Of a DNA stretch of 64,000 nt, positions 59,714-64,000 are shown piece by piece; the first letter of the stretch is position 1; each line of letters opens with the position of its first letter. The notes below the pieces were generated by a model. That model was not told the DNA's origin and searched no databases. It saw only the letters and a list, made by a program, of their open reading frames with translations. The stretch spans positions 1,862,001 through 1,926,000 of the forward strand of contig CM119378.1 of NCBI GenBank assembly GCA_051294905.1, given 5' to 3'. The position numbers were made by a program, and so were the translations under genes. Origin of the DNA: Botryllus schlosseri (lineage: Eukaryota).

Positions 59714-62700
59714 TTCAAATTTTCCACCTGTGAATGGTTCTGTAGTAAACCGGCCGTATCTAACCACGTGTTCTGCGCTTTTGAACCTAATCATCCGAGT
59801 CCTTTGCATCACGTCACATCAACCGTCACCGAAGATCAACGTCACAACCATATATCACCATATAGTGTGGGTTGGGGTGTGCGTAATTGAGTGCCAATGC
59901 GAGTAGAGAAAGCCACATCTAATAGGCGCCGTTTCCTTAAACGAGATTATAAATAATACAGATACGATGGCCACAGCAATAGGAACAGAGCTTTCCACTC
60001 TCGTCTTGAAATATTCATTCGATAATTGGAATCAATCGCGATGCGGTGGAAACGGTGAAATTAAAGTTCTTCGTGCACTATTATGTAACGAATGAAAATG
60101 TCACCCTCTCAATAGATATCAATTGGAACTCCCTACTCTCACCCTCTGGATATTGGCGTATAGACACACCGCTTATTTCGCCGTTTTTCACACTAACGTA
60201 GACCGTAAATCGGGTAAATGGCATTTTAAGGCACCTAATTGTACTTTCACGCCTTCGCAACGGGTGGAAATGAGTCAAATACACTAATCCTTATGGAGAT
60301 ATATACCGTGACTAGTGGGGTTCATACGTACCACACCCTTCGGGAAAACGGTGCGTAATCACAACCCTGTACCACCCGTTATATACAGGTGTGAACCGGG
60401 GCCTACGATACTTAAGTATCGTAGGCCCCGTGTGAACTGTGAATATACACGCGTGGTACGCGAAACGAGAATTCACCTCGGACGTACTCTAAGGTATTAA
60501 TTAAACATAACATTTTAATCCAAATGATGTTTGCACATCGGGATATATGAAGGTAATACCTGGTATATGCACGTATAGGCACGTAGGTTGTGTTTTCGTG
60601 GGCCACCTTTAAGGTGTGCGATGTGCATACACGCCCTTTTCGCTAAGAGTGCACGGTAAACTCCTTCTTGCGTCCCTGCGTTACGTGTCAGCGTCAAATC
60701 TCAGGTAGGTTAGTAATGGTCAATATAAATAGGTAATGATGTGCATCAAAAGTCCTTAATGCCATAATTACCATCGTCGTAATCTTTGACCTAATTCCGA
60801 GCGATCGTACTGCCGAATTGTACAGAAACGAAAATGTAAATGATCGTCCTGGGATTAACCAAATTAGAGTCACTGATTGATTGGATTGCTGGTCGAGTAT
60901 TCGATACGGCCTGCTGAAGATGTCACGCGTACTGAGAAACACTAGTTTGCTCCATTACGCGTAATGGATATTAGTGAGCGAGAGAGAGAGAGAATATCTG
61001 CTTCTCCCGAGTTCTCTAACAGCGACGGCTGGATTCTTTGTAGACGGCCAGTGGGAATCGAACCCGGGACAAATAGCTTGCGAGACCAAGAGATGTTGAT
61101 TAACTTTGTGTCGCTTTTATATGACTTGGAAATGTTCCAAACACAGATTGTAAAATGCGAGATTGCTAGGGCGGTGTTGGAGAGTTTGATAGCTGCATGT
61201 CTCTTGAGTCTGGTGACTGGGTATGGGCGATATCGAGTACCTGAGTGGTTCGATTCTGAATCTCGTATTTGACTTCGTAACAGTATGCATGTGCAAAGGA
61301 CAACTATATAGTAGCATTTTACGGGACCGAAAATAGTAATGTGTCGTTTCTACATCACATTAAAGGGTATCTGATGTATTTTCGACCATATACCTATGTC
61401 ATTATACTCTGCCACAATGATGTGGGTCGCGACTTGACAGATCTGTTATTTCCAGTAAATTGAGTAGCTGGTTTCCATATTTAACAATATTATCTAAACT
61501 ACAATTCTCGTTATAATTCTTGTTGGCAAGGAGCGTAAAATTTGTCTGCTGATAAGAGAAATGACTCTTGATTATTTCGTTCCCCCGATTCCAATCACTA
61601 TAGCATTCACACGGTTCCATAATTATTTGTCGCTTTTCGTGACCTGGCTATTGACGAAAATGTCTTCCAACGGACTGATCGGCGATGAGTATAGAAGTCA
61701 GTATACGACTTTAAGAGCCAGTAGTACTTTAATCTGCAGAGACTATAAGACGGGAATGAATCTTCTTTCGATTTTGTTCGAATTGAAATAGCAGTGTTCC
61801 CTGCCCTGATTCAGAGCAGCTTGAATATTCTGTTCCAATATTACAGTCGACTCTGTGTAAAGCTGGAAACACCACATTAACATCCGCCTGTACGACAAAT
61901 TGCGTTATCGCTACCTTGTGCAATAGAAGGTTGAGATTTTGAGAACAACAAAGTCGCGTATCCTATAATTAGGCTTCCAATAACGGGGCGTATGGACGGT
62001 GGGTGCTTGTAATGGCGAATATACTGAGTTGTTGCTCCAGTCAATCTGCATAGATGGGCCTAGCCTATATCCACCTCTTGTAGCATTGTGTTTCCGGTAT
62101 ATTTGCTGTATGCTTCTATAGTGTCGTTCGTCAAACAAATTGTTATCCAGAGCATTCTGAACTTAGTAATGGAATGGTAAAGAGTAGAGACGTCAGCCTG
62201 ACCGTGATAATCGTGATATTGGAGGCGGTTTATAGCAGTATATCATCTCGTGACGCACCTTATTAGCACTGCAATTGTGCGTCCGTGGACTCATCGAATC
62301 TTCCATTGATAGACGCAGAGACAGACTCTCTATTCGACAAACGTAAAAGTTAATAAAATGCACATTGAAAATGAAATTGGGTGAAATATGATATACAGAT
62401 AAGCAAGCTATATGCGGGACGCAGCGTCATCAAAGCAGATTCGCCCAAGCTAAGAGCATCACACTACAGAAGTTGCTACACTCCAAACTTTGGATTGAAA
62501 AACAACACAAGATATAGAAAATAATCGGAAACGAAATGAATAAAATAAGGTAGGCTATAACATATACATGGTCATTCGTCGTTGCAAATACAATATAGCT
62601 GGAGTACGAGAGTAGAGAGTCAAACAAAACGCAAAAGAAAGTAAATTATGTAGTTTAAACGGCATATGCTTAGACCAATATACGTGATTGAATCATAACA

Positions 62701-64000
62701 AATCACATCATCAACGGTGTCAACGCGAGCCGAGCTGGCAAGGTGACAGACACTGTTCCTTACCTGTCTATGAAGATTATATTCTCAAATTGGTTTTGAT
62801 CCATACGCCCGAACCTGTCGTTCTGCTTACGGTATATCTCCTCAAACTCGAAATATATCCGAGTGCATGGTGATATGCTCTTAAGACTTAAGTGGTGCAT
62901 GAATCGTCTTTGAATATTTCGACCATAAATTCTCAAGGTAATGTCGATATTTTTGATGATTGGAGACTTTGGAAGGGACCATTTATCAGGCTTACCTATA
63001 ATGTTACATCTGCATTAATCCTAAATAAGATTACATGATCAGTGATAAGCTGATCATGATCACACATTCACCTGGTGTGCAGGTGCAAAAGCAAGTATAG
63101 CGTGGCCGTTGCTCAAAGTGAAATAGAAGTGTATACCCGTAACTATCGGAGTATACGTTGCTATCGGAGATGAATTATATTAACTATTATGTCGACTGGA
63201 ACGTTGCCAACTCCAGAAGAAATGAAGTTATATTGACCATGGCCATATATCTAAGGAATTGATATACGTTTCTCAGTACGTACGTAAGTCAGCTAATTAT
63301 AGTGAACAGAGCGAATCGAGGTTACAGCAATACGTTTGCCACTAAATCAGCAATAAGTCTAGATATGCTAAATTGGGAATGCGTTTGATATAACGTCCGT
63401 GTTATCACAGTGTTAGTAGTAGTTTTGTATCACCCTTTCGCTCCGAAATCACTCCTCGAAAGTGGGTACATATAAATCCCCCCACTGACTGCTTGTCCAA
63501 CATAGACATGCAAAATGCGATTTTCAAAGTTCCCGTGGGCTGTTAGCAAGAAGAACTCGTTGTAGAAGTTCAAACTTACTTTTAAAGATCACTTACTTGA
63601 GTACTTTCAAATCCAAACCTTCAACGATTGCAACTTGATGTAGTTTTGTTGATGTTGCAAATCGATACTTCTAATAGCTGCTGTTGATTGAAAGTTTACA
63701 GCGTTCCTTGTGATGAAGTAGCATCATGCGAACTTGATCTAGTCAAATGAGATAATCTTCAAGTGTAAATCTCCTAGATCTTACCGTTGAAAGATGTGAG
63801 AAATTCGTAGATCCTTTCCATAATTTCGACCCCAAACTGACGCTATTCTTCCTTCTGATAAATGTGTCTCACGTAGGTCCAGATACAGTGAAAAGTCATA
63901 TTTGAGACGAGATCTACTGGTCTTCGCGTGTACAGTACCCAGCGGGTCTATTCCGCCCTGTTGTCTGTTACAGCCCACGAGATCAATGGTAATAGTTGTA

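Noticed and set aside
61049..61095. tRNA B-box-like GGTTCGATTCCC on the minus strand (similar motif at ~15785)
   Set aside because: No full cloverleaf or A-box found; at most a SINE fragment, not a tRNA gene

Overview
AT-rich, intron-containing animal genomic DNA. A marine invertebrate, plausibly an ascidian, is inferred from the gene families, the 55-70 nt minimal introns and the TE landscape. The ORF track is mostly noise, so genes were reconstructed by hand from GT-AG splice sites and exon phase. Genes: (1) at least three zinc-dependent MDR alcohol dehydrogenases of the 6-hydroxyhexanoate-dehydrogenase-like type, two complete 8-exon copies on + (8726-15160, 17348-22882) and a divergently oriented copy on - that runs off the left edge; (2) two tandem 3-exon secreted C-type-lectin-like genes on - with non-canonical sugar-binding motifs; (3) most of a RING/B-box/coiled-coil/6xNHL (TRIM-NHL) gene on -. 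Mobile DNA: a young full-length Ty3/Gypsy LTR retrotransposon (41628-45781), decayed piggyBac, Chapaev-3-like, hAT and LINE relics, and many TSD-flanked MITEs, often nested. The most striking signal is in the Gypsy element. It has no tRNA primer-binding site; instead the 16 nt after the 5' LTR are perfectly complementary to a segment inside its own LTR, just downstream of an Inr-like motif. This suggests Tf1-style self-priming in an element that has no chromodomain and a YLDN RT motif.
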